Below, piece after piece: positions 1 through 14,100 of a DNA stretch of 64,000 nucleotides (position 1 is its first letter; each line of letters opens with the position of its first letter). The position numbers were made by a program, and so were the translations under genes. Below the pieces are notes generated by a model. It did not search any database and had not been told where the DNA came from. It worked only from the letters and a program-made list of their open reading frames with translations. This DNA is from Podarcis tiliguerta (taxonomy: Eukaryota), in assembly GCA_965153285.1 (NCBI GenBank), contig OZ229122.1. One strand, given 5' to 3'.

Positions 1-11
1 TGGACCTTGTA

Positions 12-253
12 CAGTGGTACCTTGGGTTAAGTACTTAATTTGTTCCGGAGGTCCGTTCTTAACCTGAAACTGTTCTTAACCTGAAGCACCACTTTAGCTA
101 ATGGGGCCTCCTGCTGCCACTGCACCGCCGGAGCACAATTTCTGTTCTCATCCTGAGGCAAAGTTCTTAACCCGAGGTAATATTTCTGGGTTAGCGGAGT
201 CTGTAACCTGAAGCGTATGTAACCTGAAGTGTATGTAACCAGAGATACCACTG
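12..253. mobile_element. Tc1/mariner-type MITE
   Basis: TIRs cagtggtacct.../...gataccactg with TA on both sides; a second copy lies at 25264-25471. Confidence 0.85.
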
Positions 254-399
254 TATATTGACTCTGCCTCCAGGCAAGTACCCCCCGCTACTTGGCTGGT
301 TGGTTGGCTTCTCCCTCCACTGAGCTCTGCCATGGCTGGCACCACAGGTCTACGGCATTTCCCCTCTGATATATTCAGATAATTGCCACTATGTCTCAC

Positions 400-3300
400 C
401 TGATTAAAGTGTTGATGCCATACAATTTGGTCATCATCAATGGTTAACTCTTTGCCCAGAGGAGCATGAGGTTCCAGTCTTCCAACTTTTGCTCTAACCA
501 TTGAGCCATTGTGGAACATTATCCAATTTGTAACATCTAAAACAGTATCTAGTTCCCCATTTTCATCAAAGCACACAGTTTCTCCAACACTGTTATTGAA
601 TATGGTGTGCCTTAAAAATTGATGGATCTAGAAACAAAGAGAATTTGAAGAAAAGGCCAACTAGGTGTTAAATTTATTTCAGTGAGCTTCACAAACGATG
701 CCCATACACATTTTTTCCTTTGAAAGTATAGGTGGAGGCATCATCAATCTAGATGTCATTTCTTTCCATTATTGTATATGTGGGTTTCACTGTTTTGTAA
801 TGAGTTTCATACTGCTTATCCACAATGTATGTATAAACGCCAATAACAACAACAAAAAGCAAAACAAAGCAATTTTGGTGTAGTAGTCTTATTTCATCAG
901 CATTCATTTTATCTATGAATGAAAACCTAGCCTCATGTGGGTGGTGCTAGTGGGGATTACCTGCCATAGTTGCACATCCCGAAATACCATTCTCCTAGTA
1001 TCTACTTTTCTTCTGTGTTTGGAGATAGATTCAAACATGGCATTCAAAGCATGTGCCACAACATAGACAGCATTGTAGACACTATAGCTGTGGCCTGTCA
1101 TGTTCATTTCAAACAAAATTCCAGTAATGTTGTCCAGTTTCTCTTCTCCAGTACAGATCTCCTCCTCTTCTGGCCCCTTATACATTCTAAATGTACAGCT
1201 GAATGCCTGCTCCCAGAAGTCCTGGATAAAACCATCTCCTTTTGCCCAGGAAGGTCCAATCTTCTGCACGAAATTTTGGAAACCTGGTGGCTGATTGGAG
1301 TGAGCAGTGAAGGATATGGAACCATGGAAAGTTTGCATGTCCCATGTCTTTTGAACTGACAGTGATGTGAAATCCCAGTGGGATGTAATAATCCATACTT
1401 TCCCCAGAGGAGGCGATTCCATAATTGGTCGTAGAAACAGCAATATTCTCAAAACTTGAAAGGATGGATTTTCTCCATATACAAATAATACATTGGTGTT
1501 TTCCTCAGTAATAATTCCATAAGTTTCCCAGCGCTGTACAAGCAACTGCATCAACTCATCCACATAATTCCATTTAGGCAATCTTATGATGAAGGCATAG
1601 CAGATGCCATTCTGAGAAAGCATGGGCACTATTGTCTGTAAGAATCGTTCCCCTTTGTCATTGTCCACAACCAAGAGCCCAACCCATGTCCATCCAAAAT
1701 GCTGAAATAACCGGACAGCTCCCATGTACTGGTGGGCTTCATTTGGGACCATATGGGACAAAAAAGGAGAAATTATTCTCTCATCCCATGATGGCAAAAG
1801 TGTTCCATAAGTGAGCTGAAATAAAAATTAAAGGGATTGTTTTCAGATTAGGAAAATAGCTATATTGTCGAATCATAACACTGGCCACCTGGTCTTATTG
1901 TAATGAAACACTCCTTCCTTAGGCATATTAGTGTGCCTGGCCGACAACTGCAGCCAGGTTCCCCATAGCCATATGGGGGGGTTTTTAATAGCTGGACCAT
2001 CAACCAAAGCTGTTGAATGGCACCCTTCAGTACCTTGGCCACTGAGCCTTTAATAACAACAATGGATCAAGGACAACCACCAAACTATGGACCCATTCTT
2101 TCAGAGGGAGTGTGGTCTCCCCCTAGAATGGACTGCATATCAATCAGCCATACATAATAACCACCCAGGAGCAGAAACACTTTACTCTAAGCTGAAATAA
2201 AAATTAAAATGATTTTTCCGCTAAAGATAATGTTGTACCTTTTTAAACAAAAAAGCTATTTTTACTAAAGCTTGGGGAACAAACAATATATAGAAATCAA
2301 CATCAAACATTTTTTAAATATAAAAACTGAAAGAAAGAAGAAAGAAGACTTCCAGTTCTCTGCCTGCCAGATTTAAAAACGAATGCAAAACCTTTACTCT
2401 TTAATAACATCCAACACTTCAACTTTCCATAAACCAACCTTTATTTAGATCCGCTTTTTCAGAATGGGTATGATCTCACCTAGACCAGACAGTACACCAC
2501 ACAGCCAGACAGAATAACCACCGAGTAGCATCATCTCAGTCTTGTCTGGATTAAGCTTCAGTTTACTGGCCCTCATCTAGTCCATTACTGCGACAACCCA
2601 GTACATATACCACCTTTACATATAGATTTCAACTTTATTTCTGTCTTCTGATATGTTATTACTCTCTCTGTTTTATAACATCTGAAATCTGAATCTTCAA
2701 GTGTACTGGACCAAACACCAAGCCCTGCAACATACTATTCAACACCACCCTCCATTTGAAGGGAAATAATTGATGAGCACTCCTTGAGTACTGTTTTGTA
2801 ATGAACTGTAAATCCATCAATGGTATCATTATCAAGTTTGCATCTAACCAAAGGGTTACCAAAATCAGGAGCAACTTTGCAAAGTGCTTTCCTGCATTCC
2901 ACATGGTTTGTCACAATTGTGAAATCCCTGTACCCCCAGAAATACAGCTTACCTGTGGAGTCTTTTTGCTTGCTGAAATGACAGCTATATTAGTAGAGAT
3001 CTCAGAGAAACATGCTCCAATGACAGCTATCAGATTGTTCTGGTTGTGACACCTGAAGTTGGGGACAAACTTATGTTGTGTAGAAAAGAGGCTAAGAGTG
3101 GCTTTGTAGGTCATCCTTGCAGTGAAGTAGCTATTGAGGATGTGGAACCCCAGAGATATATTTGATAAGATGTTGGGATTCTCATTTATCTCTTTGACAG
3201 CAAATGCTAAGGCCAGAATGTGCTGGTAGTTCTTAGGCACTGAACTGTAAGCAGAGTTACAGTCTGTTTAATAAAACAAACACAGCAGCAATAACAAAAA

Positions 3301-5416
3301 TGTTTTAGTACACTTCATTGATATTCATCGGAATACTTTCAAAATCAAGGTGTAGCTTTAAAACCCTAAAAGATAATAGGCTGAAGAAAAATTAGCACCT
3401 GAATAGATAGCCCTTTCATGAAAAATGGGAGGGGGGAGTTTTCAGATTAATTCTGGAGCTTAAAAAACTGTTTTCTGGACTTAATTTTGTAAATTTCCCT
3501 ATACACTAATGAAGAACAACAACAGTCAGCCCAAACTGCAAATATTTGTTGGCTTGCAGTCAGCATTAGTCACACTCAGTGCAGAACCACTGAAATTAAT
3601 TAGCATGAGTAACTATAAATCATGAGTGCCATAAAACGTTTTGTATTTTATTAGTCTCTGAATGATATATGTGGGACTTTTTCATAATCTTTTCAGTAGG
3701 GATGGTTGAATAAGCTTCTTATTTTTCCAATCTTAAATTCCATTCTCTACTTTTAAATAGTTTGCAATTTTAATCTACAAAACGTTTCATGAAAATTGAT
3801 CCTCATTTTAGTGCAAATTTATCATATGATAAGTATGCAATTTTGCTACATGTTTGCAAATCAATGTTCCCTAATATAATACATTTTTATGGTATTTTCT
3901 CTAATATATGCATTTTTATGCACTCTTTACCCCTTTATATTAACTTTTGTACATATTATTTCACTGGAGAACTGCACTGCAAAATTCAGGTAAATAGGAA
4001 TTTTGAGGACTACCTATGTTTCAGTTCACATATTGTTTTTAATTTGGAAAGTGCAAACTAGTTAGGTTCCTCTTTAAATGTGAACTGAATTAAATTTCTC
4101 TCCCATTCTTGCCCTTCGATGACAGCCATAAGGATATGAAATGAGATATGATACAAGTGGGAAGTGCAAAGTAGAGACTTAGGATTCTCCCACAAACGTA
4201 GCACAATGCATGGTGCCTGAAGGCCAATTCCCAAAATTATTTTTAAAACCACATGATATTTAACTTCTGCACCTCTGAGTTTAAAAGCATGAAAACCAGT
4301 GCTATTTTTTCTAGAAAAAGAGGTGCCAGAACTCCTCTTATAATGGCAATGGCACCCACCAGAGAGATGCTGGAACTGAGTTCCAGTGAGCTCTGGCTGA
4401 AAAAGAGCCCTGGTGAAAACCAGTTGGGAACAATAGTGTTTGCAAATGCCCACAGCATACACACCCTCTAACTTTCACAATATGTGAAAGCTAGATTTGA
4501 TTGAGGATCCCCCTTCAGTGAGCTTTAAGTTTCAACAATAAATCAGAACTTGACTATACAAACTGCAGGCATAGGGGTGAGTGGGAAGAAGGGAAAACAG
4601 TGGAGTTTCCAAAGCATACTGAAGGCTTGATTTAAAATGCCAAAATTCTGAAAGTGCATGAGAAGGGACAGACATGGAGTCAAAAGATGAGAGCAAAGTG
4701 AGGGAAGAACAGAAGTGGCAAAAACTAACACACACACACACAATCCACCATGTGGTTAATTAGCAGACACACAATGGAAATCTATTCATTTAGTGGAGCA
4801 TGTGGAGAAACCCTTCTAGTGGTTTCATAGAATCATAGAACTGTAGAAGGGGAAGGGACCCCAGGGGTCATCTAGTCCAACTCCCTGCAATGAGGGAATC
4901 CCAGCTAAAGCATCAATGACAGATGACCACCCAACCTCTGCTTAGAAACCCCCAAGGAAGGAGAGTCCACAACCTCCTGACTAAAGGTAAGGCAAAAAAT
5001 GATTAAGGAAGGAACAGGAAAGTGGCTCAACTGCCACTTTTATCACACTACAGATTAAATCAATTCTTAACAGAACACAGTGTAGCATTACGGCATACTC
5101 TGTTATTATGAGCTGAATGTATTACGCAAGGAGAGGAAGAAATAATGGCTTACATTGCTTCATCAATCAAGATCTGTTTTGGCTCTTCCTTAAAAGATAG
5201 ATTATTGTAGTTGAAGAAGACCTGGGAAACAATGCCCCCAATGATGAGGTCACCCGGTTGGTAAAAGTTATGAGGAATGGGGAGAGGATCATCAAAAATG
5301 CTGCAGTTAACAGAATGTGTTTTGCATACAATATGAGACAGCAGCACCAGCTGCAGCAGCAGCACCACCAACATGATCTTATTGAAAAATATCAGCCATC
5401 CAGGAAAGATTCCCAT
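400..5416 (-). CDS. V2R gene A (vomeronasal type-2 receptor-like class C GPCR), partial; exons 5154-5416, 2953-3244, 961-1815, 400-627; exons 5-6 lie left of the window
   Basis: Signal peptide plus FYQPGDLIIGG (ex1), [33 protein letters not shown] (ex2), [34 protein letters not shown] (ex3), FDENGE (ex4). GT-AG boundaries with phases that keep the frame. Confidence 0.93.
1860..2170 (-). mobile_element. Old L2/CR1-like LINE fragment (further piece at ~2470-2600)
   Basis: Degenerate RT-region sequence; the nearby piece reads LKLNPDKT on the minus strand. Confidence 0.45.
3697..4110. mobile_element. Non-autonomous DNA-transposon-like AT-rich element (related sequence at ~63715-64000 in the opposite orientation)
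   Basis: Imperfect termini tagggatgg.../...cccattct and repeated internal AT-rich motifs. Confidence 0.4.
4297..4412. mobile_element. hAT-type MITE
   Basis: Termini cagtgct.../...agccctg; 8-bp TSD atgaaaac/gtgaaaac. Confidence 0.7.
4826..4980 (-). mobile_element. CR1 LINE 3' end
   Basis: catagaatcatagaa tail plus ggtcatctagtccaac, the typical CR1 3' UTR. Confidence 0.8.
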
Positions 5417-6044
5417 GTTTGAACCACAGCATTCTGTGTGGCTATTATCTGTTTTGGTACAGCGTCTGGTGACAGAATGTGATGTTACACATCTTAGGGA
5501 ATATGTGCCCCATATTTCTGAACAGTGTAGTCTATTTATTTACTTATTTTTCCCCCTAAGGATGAGACAATTAAAATTTGTTCATCTACAAGTATCAGTA
5601 ATACTTCCTTGGAGTGCAAAGAAAGCAAAAATATAACTCTGAAAATTATCTATGATTTTGTGCAAATGAATTTATTTATTCATTTAACAAAATTTACATA
5701 CTCCTTGATTATATCAAAGCCTCTAAGTTGACAAGAAACATGTAAAACTATTATTTATTTATTTTTTAAAAAGAATGTGTGGTTTGTTACAGTGAAGCAG
5801 AGTTATGGTGCAGAAGTGTGGATAGCTGTGTGTCTGTGTGTGTGTGTGTGTATGTGTGCTAATTCATATCTAGACAAAGAGGTCTGCCCAGTAACTATCT
5901 GGGAAGAGCAAATTAAATGGGTATGCACATAGGATAAAGAAAATGGGTAGTCACATTATAATTTTTGTGGTAAAATAATTGCAAAATCAACTGGTGGACG
6001 ACATATTCCAAGATGGAAAGGAGAAATGATCATACAAGAAAAAT

Positions 6045-6250
6045 GGCAGACCTCTGCCTACACCTAGATCCAATTCTGAAAAACACCAGGGTTTTATGTC
6101 CTTTTTCAAATGCTGATTTTGCTGCCATCTGCATATCCATTGTGTAAGTGGATAGAAGCCAGCAGTTTTGACAATTTAGTGTGCAATTATGATTTCCCAA
6201 GTGTATTGATGTCCTTTGGAGTTGCATCATGAATGGCAAATCAACTAGGA
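6045..6250 (-). promoter_or_regulatory. Conserved upstream non-coding element of V2R gene A
   Basis: Blocks cctagatc / ttttCANATGctga / tttccc.agtg / tttg.agtt.catcat are shared with the regions upstream of B-F. Confidence 0.55.
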
Positions 6251-6534
6251 GTGACAATATTTTCTTTAAGGGGTAATAAGTGATGCTTAGCCAGAAAGTT
6301 GTAGGCTGTTTTTGTCCTTGATCAGATTTAAGTTACACATGGATCACTCACATTTAGATTACGTAATTGGAAGGCCTGACCTTAAAAGCTGGGAAATTTG
6401 AGATTCAGTTTTATAATGATGATGGGTATATATCCTTTAACAGCTAACTTCTAACTGCTACTTGTCCCATTTATTATTGTCATTATTATTTGTAATTAAA
6501 AGTATGCATTCATGTAATATAGTCTAAATATGCA

Positions 6535-6594
6535 GCTGTCCTGTATGAGGATTGAATCTGCGACCTTGGTGTTATCAGCACCACACTCTAACAA
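6535..6594 (-). mobile_element. tRNA(Ile)-derived SINE head or tRNA pseudogene fragment
   Basis: Minus strand gttagagtgtggtgctgataacaccaaggtcgcagattcaatcc resembles tRNA-Ile but is 5'-truncated with a degenerate T-loop. Confidence 0.55.
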
Positions 6595-7901
6595 ACATAT
6601 GCAATATGGCAGTTTAACATTTTTATCTTTATTTTTAAAAAGATAATTGTTTTATGCTCACAATGTATATTAGGAATTATAATTTTTGCTGGTCACCCCC
6701 ATAATTGTTCATTTTTCCACAAACCTCACATTGCTAACTGTGTACAATGAGAGGAAGGAGGCTAACAAGCACACCTCAGCCACATCTACATTAAGGAAAG
6801 CATGACAAAAACTGACAAAAACGCTACGACTCACCTATGAGTGGGGATGGACAGACTCATTGAAGTCTGGTCCATTCCTGTATTACAGTGGGAATGGACT
6901 AAGTCCATCTCACCTGTTTCTGTGTGTATTTAAAAGGGGGAATCCTTAAAATTCAATGCAGAAGTACCATTTTTAAAACTTCATTTTTTAAAAGCAACTA
7001 GCAGGCTGTCAAAGCATGCAGCAGTGCCCCATGCCTCCCCCCCTTTTCATAACAAACAAACAAAAAGCCCAGAAAGGTTATCTAGCTGCCCACAGGTTGG
7101 AGTGGCTATCGCTTAGGAGTTCTTGCCTCTGCAGAGTTTGAATTGTAATAGAGCAAGTCTTGCAGGGAGTACTCTGTTCAGCAGTGTTGCTCTCTGTGAG
7201 AACTGTATGGCAACAAATCATGGCTTCCTTCAATATTTTCAAAAAGCACTGAAAGCTGTTTCTGAGCTTGACCATTGGTGAAGCTGAGCTCAGGTATAGC
7301 CGGGTCCATGCAGGGTGTAGTGTGCAGCTAGGTACACTTGCCCCGGGCAAGGTGAGTCCCTTTGGGGGCCTGCCGGACTTACGCTATCATGCCAAGAACA
7401 CGATTCCTACACTGGGCCTCAAAGAAGCTCTGTACAGGCCTGGGTATAACCACCATGTTTCAATTGTTTGTGTTTAATTATACAGTTCCTACAAAAAGGA
7501 AACAGCTGTAAAACAGTTTAAACTAATTTCAAGGAAAGGTAATTCTTTTCTGTGCCCAGATCTGTCTTAGGAATTATAGGCTATTTAAAGTTCTAATTCT
7601 TTGTATCATCCCACTACTTATACATTGTTCCACAAACCTCACACTGCTAGCTCCGAGGAGGAGCTGGGCTCATTGAGTGCTTCATTTGCAAATGAAAGAG
7701 GCCCAAATCATGATGCAGTCTGTATCGCCAAAGGAAAACTCTTACATTGGATATGGTAGCAAGTGGCAGCAACATATCCTTCAAAGGTAGAATAGGCTTA
7801 CATTGATTCTTCTACAGTATTTCTCTCCAAACATTTTGTAAAATTGAAGGAAATATAATGTTTAATGAAGCTGGCAGGGACTCTTAAGATTCCTGGTGGT
7901 A

Positions 7902-8751
7902 CGGATCACGGATCCATGAAGAAATAAAGAAAATATTAAGACTATCATATAGTAAAGGCCAGAGGCATTCATTTTAGGAATATTAGAAGAGTTTGGATTT
8001 GATATCCCGCCTTTCACTCCCTTTCAGGAGTCTCAAAGCGGCTAACATTCTCCTTTCCTTCCTCCCCCACAACAAACACTCTGTGAGGTGAGTGGGGCTG
8101 AGAGACTTCAAAGAAGTGTGACTGGCCCAAGGTCACCCAGCAGCTGCATGTGGAGGAGTGGAGACGCGAACCCAGTTCCCCAGATTACGAGACTACCGCT
8201 CTTAACCACTACACCACACAGGCTCTCGACAATATCCCAAAAGATTAATTTTTTCTTATATGCGATGTTTGCAGCAAGAATTCTGGTGGCTAAGTATTGG
8301 AAAGGGAATCAGTTACCCACTAGGGGAGAATGGTTATGTAAGCTTTCAGAATACTTAGCCAAACTGACAGATATAATAAGACAAAACCCAAAAAGCGTAG
8401 TGAAAAACGAATGGGAGTGCCTAAACGAATGCCTTAAAAGACAAGGTTTGAGGACAGAAATCTGGCTGAGTCTGGAATAACCTTCTGAAGTGAAAGGATA
8501 AGAAAGAGGGATATATATTTAGATGCTAGGATCAAGATGATAAGGAAAACAGGAATATACAATGAGAGGTAAAGGAGGTGCTGTGGGATTGGTGGAAGCC
8601 AACGTTTGTTTTCCTTTTTAGTGTTTATACTATTAATTTGTAAGATTTGAATTTGTTTTTCATATGTTTTTTGTGTTTTGTATTTTTTGGGTTTTTTTGG
8701 TTGTTGTTGTGTGGAAAATACTAATAAAATTTACTCCTTTTCTTTTTTCTA
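7902..8751 (+). mobile_element. L1/Tx1-clade LINE 3' fragment with a nested SINE
   Basis: ARILVAKYWK...EWLCKL ORF2 C-terminal motif, AATAAA-containing tail, 16-bp TSD aagattcctggtggta (7886-7901 / 8752-8767). Confidence 0.8.
7985..8227 (-). mobile_element. tRNA-derived SINE with (CTT)n tail (Squam3-like)
   Basis: Near-identical to 14825-15085 and 21975-22216; tRNA-like A/B boxes at the 5' end. Confidence 0.85.
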
Positions 8752-9113
8752 AAGATTCCTGGTGGTAAAAAACGCAAACCCAACCATGTTAGTAGTGTCT
8801 ACATTTTTATGAGTAAACACATAGGAAGGAACTCAGGTGAAGTGAAATTCTCTCATTAGGAATGTACTAATAGATGGAACCTCATTCTGGACCCAGAAGG
8901 ACATTTGGAGAAGCAGGCAATATGTCGGTGTTTAAGAAGATAGAAACAAGATAGACAACCCTCTTTAGATAGTATATTCCTGGTTCAAGTCCACTCATGG
9001 GAATGTGAAGAGAGATATTTTCCTAAGAAATTATGCTCAAATTTTCCTGAAATCCCTTCAACACCATAATTTCTATTAATAAAGCAACAGATTAATGAGA
9101 TGGATATATTATT

Positions 9114-10071
9114 TCATTTCCTTTTTCTGACGAGTTGCTCTCTGCTGTTAAGCTCAGGCCTGAGTACAATGACATAACATTTAGGTGAAAAGATACAACC
9201 CAATAATCCAGCACTGGATGACAAGATGGAGAAGATCTCCACAGCCACCATGTACTTTCCTTTGCTGCTCAGGTAGGTTGGAATAAAGGACAACCATACA
9301 CTGCAAAACACCAACATGCTGAAAGTGATAAATTTGGTTTCATTGAAACTGTCTGGCAACTTCCTGGCAAGAAAAGCCACAATGAAGCTGACAATGGCTA
9401 GGAAACCCATATAGCCCAGGACACAATAAAACATGGAAACAGAACCCTCATTACATTCTAGTAAGATTTCACCCTTCACTGAATGCATGTCTGTGCCTGG
9501 GAATGGAGGAGCAGAACTTAACCAAAGAGTACAAATGGCAGCCTGAATAAAAGAGCAGAAGAGAACAATAGAATTAGCCAGTCTTTTCCCCACCCATTTC
9601 CTCATCCTGGATCCTGGTTTTGTTCCCATAAATGCCACAACCACAGTGATGGTCTTTGCCAACACAGAAGAAAGGGCCACAGAGAAGACAATGCCAAAAG
9701 TGGTTTGACGTAGAAAGCAGGTTGCCTTTCCAGGTTGTCCAATGAAGAGCAAAGAGCAGAGGAAGCAAAGGAGGAGGGAGATGAGGAGGGTGTAGGTGAG
9801 GGTCCGGTTGTTGGCTTTGACTATGGGAGTGTCCTTGTACTTCATAAAAATTCCAAGTACTACAATTGTGACAAAAGAGAAAATAATAGCCAAGCTAGTT
9901 AAGGCGATTGCTAAATCTTCTCTGTAAGAGAGGTAGCTTATAATTTTGGGAATGCACTGAGTTTGGTCTTTGTTGGGATACTGATCTTCAGGACAATTCA
10001 CACAAGAATCCATGTCTGAAAAAAAGGAAGAACAGTTTAAGTATTTCTAAGGGTAGCCCAACATCTATACC

Positions 10072-10108
<37 letters not shown>

Positions 10109-11084
10109 TAAATGTTTGCATATGTTGACAATTGTTGTACACATGCGTGTTGGGAAACTTCATGTGTGCACCTGCCACCAGAATTCCCATTTACCGGCCT
10201 CCTAGACAGGAGGGGGATCTTTTGTGAGAGATGTCATGGAACAGTGTCTGATAAATGGTTGTATAACTCGAGAACGTAGCTCCCAACTAGGCTAAATTAA
10301 AACATTCATTTGTTGTAAGAAAACAGAGAGATTACAGACATAAATCACAACACAGCTATTGGGTATGTGGTAGCTTTATACTTTAGCATATTCTTACTTC
10401 TGAACTAAGAAGATACAATCCCCATTAACGAGGGGAGAATGAAAAGGAGTGAAATAACTCGTTTCTCCAAAGTAAATACTTATCCTGGGCTCAGGATTGG
10501 GCATGCAGTGGTTTGAATATTATGGGCAAGCTCTGACTAAAACAGGAATGCACAAAGAAAACCGATCTTCCTTCCAGGCTAGTGATCTGAAATCCAGCCC
10601 TAATTCCTTTGGAACCTAGATATACATTGGAGCTGATACCACCATTCTTTTTATCTTAAAACATGCAATTTCCTCCACAGAAAATGGACATATGAGGAAA
10701 AACAGGGTAATATTGACCCACGAACTTGTCCCTGAAATGCGTTTAAACAATTCTGAAGCTCTTCTACTAGGTTGTTTTGATCCGTGCTGCATATTGGGCA
10801 CATAAAATCATGTTGACTAATTGCTGCTCTTCTCCTATTGCTGAGTCTATGTTGCATTAAGAGAAGGGTGTGTAGAACAGGTTAGAAAGGGGAGCAGGGA
10901 ATATACACCTTCACAGTTTGCCAAGACTTCTACTACAAATGAATCAGGTGCTAATCTGTCATGGACATGACCTCACACTAACTTCTGTTTAAAGGATTTA
11001 TTTATAAAAAAATAGTAAAAATGGACCCTTTTGTTTCCTTGAACTTCTTTCATATATTATCCGATCAATTTCACTATCAATCTG

Positions 11085-11121
<37 letters not shown>

Positions 11122-14100
11122 AAAACGATTTTTGAAGTTCTTAATGTGAACCAAAGTCGTATATATTCAATGGATGCACATTCAATAATAATAGTAATCA
11201 TCACCAGCACCATTACCACCTTTATGGAAATTCCTTGATATCTCTGTACATATGTCTCCTACCCTTCTGGTGAGAGATCATTCCTTCTGGGCATGGAGCA
11301 CAATCATAGCAGCAAAATTTCTCCCCCTCTTTCTTTTTTCTGCTATAGCCTGGGTAACAGTTCTCATTGCAAACAGAAAGCGGCAGCACCTGTTCATATG
11401 CATGAAATACTATTAGTGGTGACATGTTTTGAGAACATCCTGAGGATGTGGACAACATGTTTGGATCAGTCAGGAAACCACTTACACTGTAACCCGTTGT
11501 TCCTCATGGCTTATAAATACTATCAGAGAAGGGAGAGCAGGCTGGGCTAGGGAGGTAATTTAAGCCTCCTTCTGAGAGGCAATTGTTCCGTGTTAAGAAG
11601 CCCTCCCTGAATTAGGGGTTTTTTGTTGTTGTTGCTGTTTTTTTGCACTGTGGCATGAGTCAGTTGGCTCTTGTAACTAAGCACTTATAAATGTTTCTTA
11701 CCTGGTTAAAGCCTTGATTCCACACAATTTGATCATCATTGATAGCTAACTGTTTGCCTTGAGGTGCCTGAGGTTCCAGCCTTCCAACTTTCGCTCGAAC
11801 CACAGAGCCATTGGGAAACATCAGCCAGTTTGTAATATCAAAACTTGTAACTAATTCGCCATTTTCATCAAAAGACACAGTATCTCCTTCACTGTTGTTG
11901 AATGCAATCCTCCTTAGAATGTGATGAACCTAAAATGAAAAGAATGTGGACAAAGAGAAAGCAAATTCTTGAAATCATTTCCAAAGACTTGTCAAACTCA
12001 TTTTTGAATAGTTTATTTGATGACATATTTCTATCTGTCTATCACCACCACCACCTTTCGCCTTTTTCCCTGACAGAGCTCCATAAACATGAGTAGCAAT
12101 GAATTAAAACAATGAATAAATCACTGTTTCAAATGGGGTTGGAAGGAATTATAAAAATAGATTGACAAAAAGAAAAGTGAGGAGAACTTACCTTTACTTC
12201 TGCATCATAATCTTAACTGTATTGTTCTTTAAGCTGCAATTACCTGCCATGGTTGCACATCCTGAAGTTTCAGACTCCCTCTGAAGCTTCGATGTTGGAA
12301 ACTGATTTTATTTAAAGCATGTGCCACAGCATAGACAGCATTGTAGACATTGTAGCTGTGACCAGTCATCTTCCCTTCAAACAAAATTCCAGAAAGGCTC
12401 TCCAGTTTCTCCTCTCCAGTGCACACTTTCTTTCTCTCTCCTAGTCCATTGTACACTTTTAATGAACAGCTGAATGCCTGTTCCCAGAAGTCCTGGACAA
12501 AACCATCTCCTTTAACCCAGAAAGGTCTAATTGTCTGAATAAACTTTTGGAATCCTTGGGGCTGTTTTGAGTGAACTGTGAATGATATGGCACCATGGAA
12601 GGTTTGTATATCCCATATCTTCTGAACAGACAGTGATGCAAAATCCCAGTGGGATGTAATAATCCATACTTTACACAGAGGTGGAAGTGACAAGAAAGGT
12701 GCTAGAAACAGTAATACTCTCAAAATCTGAAAAGATGGTGGTTCTCCATATATAAATAATGCATTCACTTTTTTGTCACTGATGATTACATAATTTTCCC
12801 GGCGCTTTATCATCAAGTCGATCAACTCATCAAAATATGCCCGTTTTGGTATTCTATCTATGAAGGCAGAACAGATGCCATTCTGAGAAAGCATTGGTAC
12901 CATGGTCTGTAAAAACTGGTCCCCTTTGTCATCAGCCACAGCCAAGAGCCCAACCCATGTCCATCTGAAATGCTGAAGTAACAGAACAACTCCCGTGTGC
13001 TGATGAGCTTCATTTGGAACCATCTGGTATAAAAATGGGAATTGCATTCTGATACTTTTTACAGGCAAAAATGATCCATAGGTGAGCTGAAATAAAATAT
13101 ATAATACCTTTTCAGGATAGATTTCAAAAGAATGGTAAATAATTGAATCAAAGTGTTTCATGTTGCTCTGCTTATAGTCTAATATCCTGTGTGGTGCAGG
13201 AAATTTAGAATTAAAGGATCCACGGCACGTGGCTGTCCTACCTTTACCTGAAGACAAGAGCTTTAATAATTGTCTCATTTTGGGGATTATAGTCTGTGAG
13301 TTTTGCAATATAATAACAATACTGACTTTAGAATACTTTAGTTTTGTCACACCTCCAAAATGTGGAACCTAGGTGGTATGAGATTTTCCATGTAACCAGG
13401 GATGTCCAAAAGTTTTTCAAAGAGGGCCAGATTTGATGAAGTATACTTGTGAGAGGGCTGACCAAATTTGTAGAGCTTTTTATAGGATTTTACCACGGCA
13501 AATAAACTGTCACAAAGGCCAGATTAAACCAAGCAGTGGGTCGGATTAGGCCCCCAGGATGGACTTTGGACATGCCTGCATGTAACAGTTGTTTTGAAAT
13601 AAACTATAGATAAATTTGAGTTCATATGGGGTACGATTATTTTTACACATTGTTTTATAGTTCCCTCCTATGATAATACTTTGTCCACATGCAACAAACA
13701 CCATATTTTCTTGTCTAACCAACACCTACCTGGAAGAAACCTCTGTTCCATCCAACACCCCTCTCCAAGCATGGCAAATTGGGGGTTTAAATTGCTCTGG
13801 CCACTATCACTCCCTGTTTTCTGTTATCTGCCTATTAGTGCTTCCCTGTTTCATCTACATTATTGGTGAGAATGTGCTAAATAATTGCTAAATAAAATAT
13901 CACAAGAAGTTTTCTCATCTGATTTACAGAAATCAATACAATGCGCACAGTTGTGGAATTTCCATACTCTCATGCATACAACTTACCTGTGGAATTTTGT
14001 GGTTTGCAGAAATAATGGCTACGTTGGCAGAGATCTCAGAGATACATCCTCCAATGAGAGCTATCAGCTTGCTCTGGTGGTGGCACTTGAAGTTGGGGAC

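Noticed and set aside
6535-6594. Functional tRNA-Ile gene
   Set aside because: Lacks the 5' acceptor stem and has a degenerate T-loop; consistent with a SINE head or pseudogene.
6665-7655. Short similar segments ~900 bp apart (taggaattata; ttccacaaacctcaca)
   Set aside because: Probably an old local duplication, too short and degenerate to support a functional claim.
8088-8480. ORFs 8088-8480 and 14772-15104 sharing [11 protein letters not shown]
   Set aside because: Antisense translation of SINE copies, fused to an L1 remnant in the first case.
11222-11262. Programmed secreted isoforms from read-through past exon donors
   Set aside because: Short intronic extensions ending in stops are expected by chance, and their sequences are not conserved across older paralogs.
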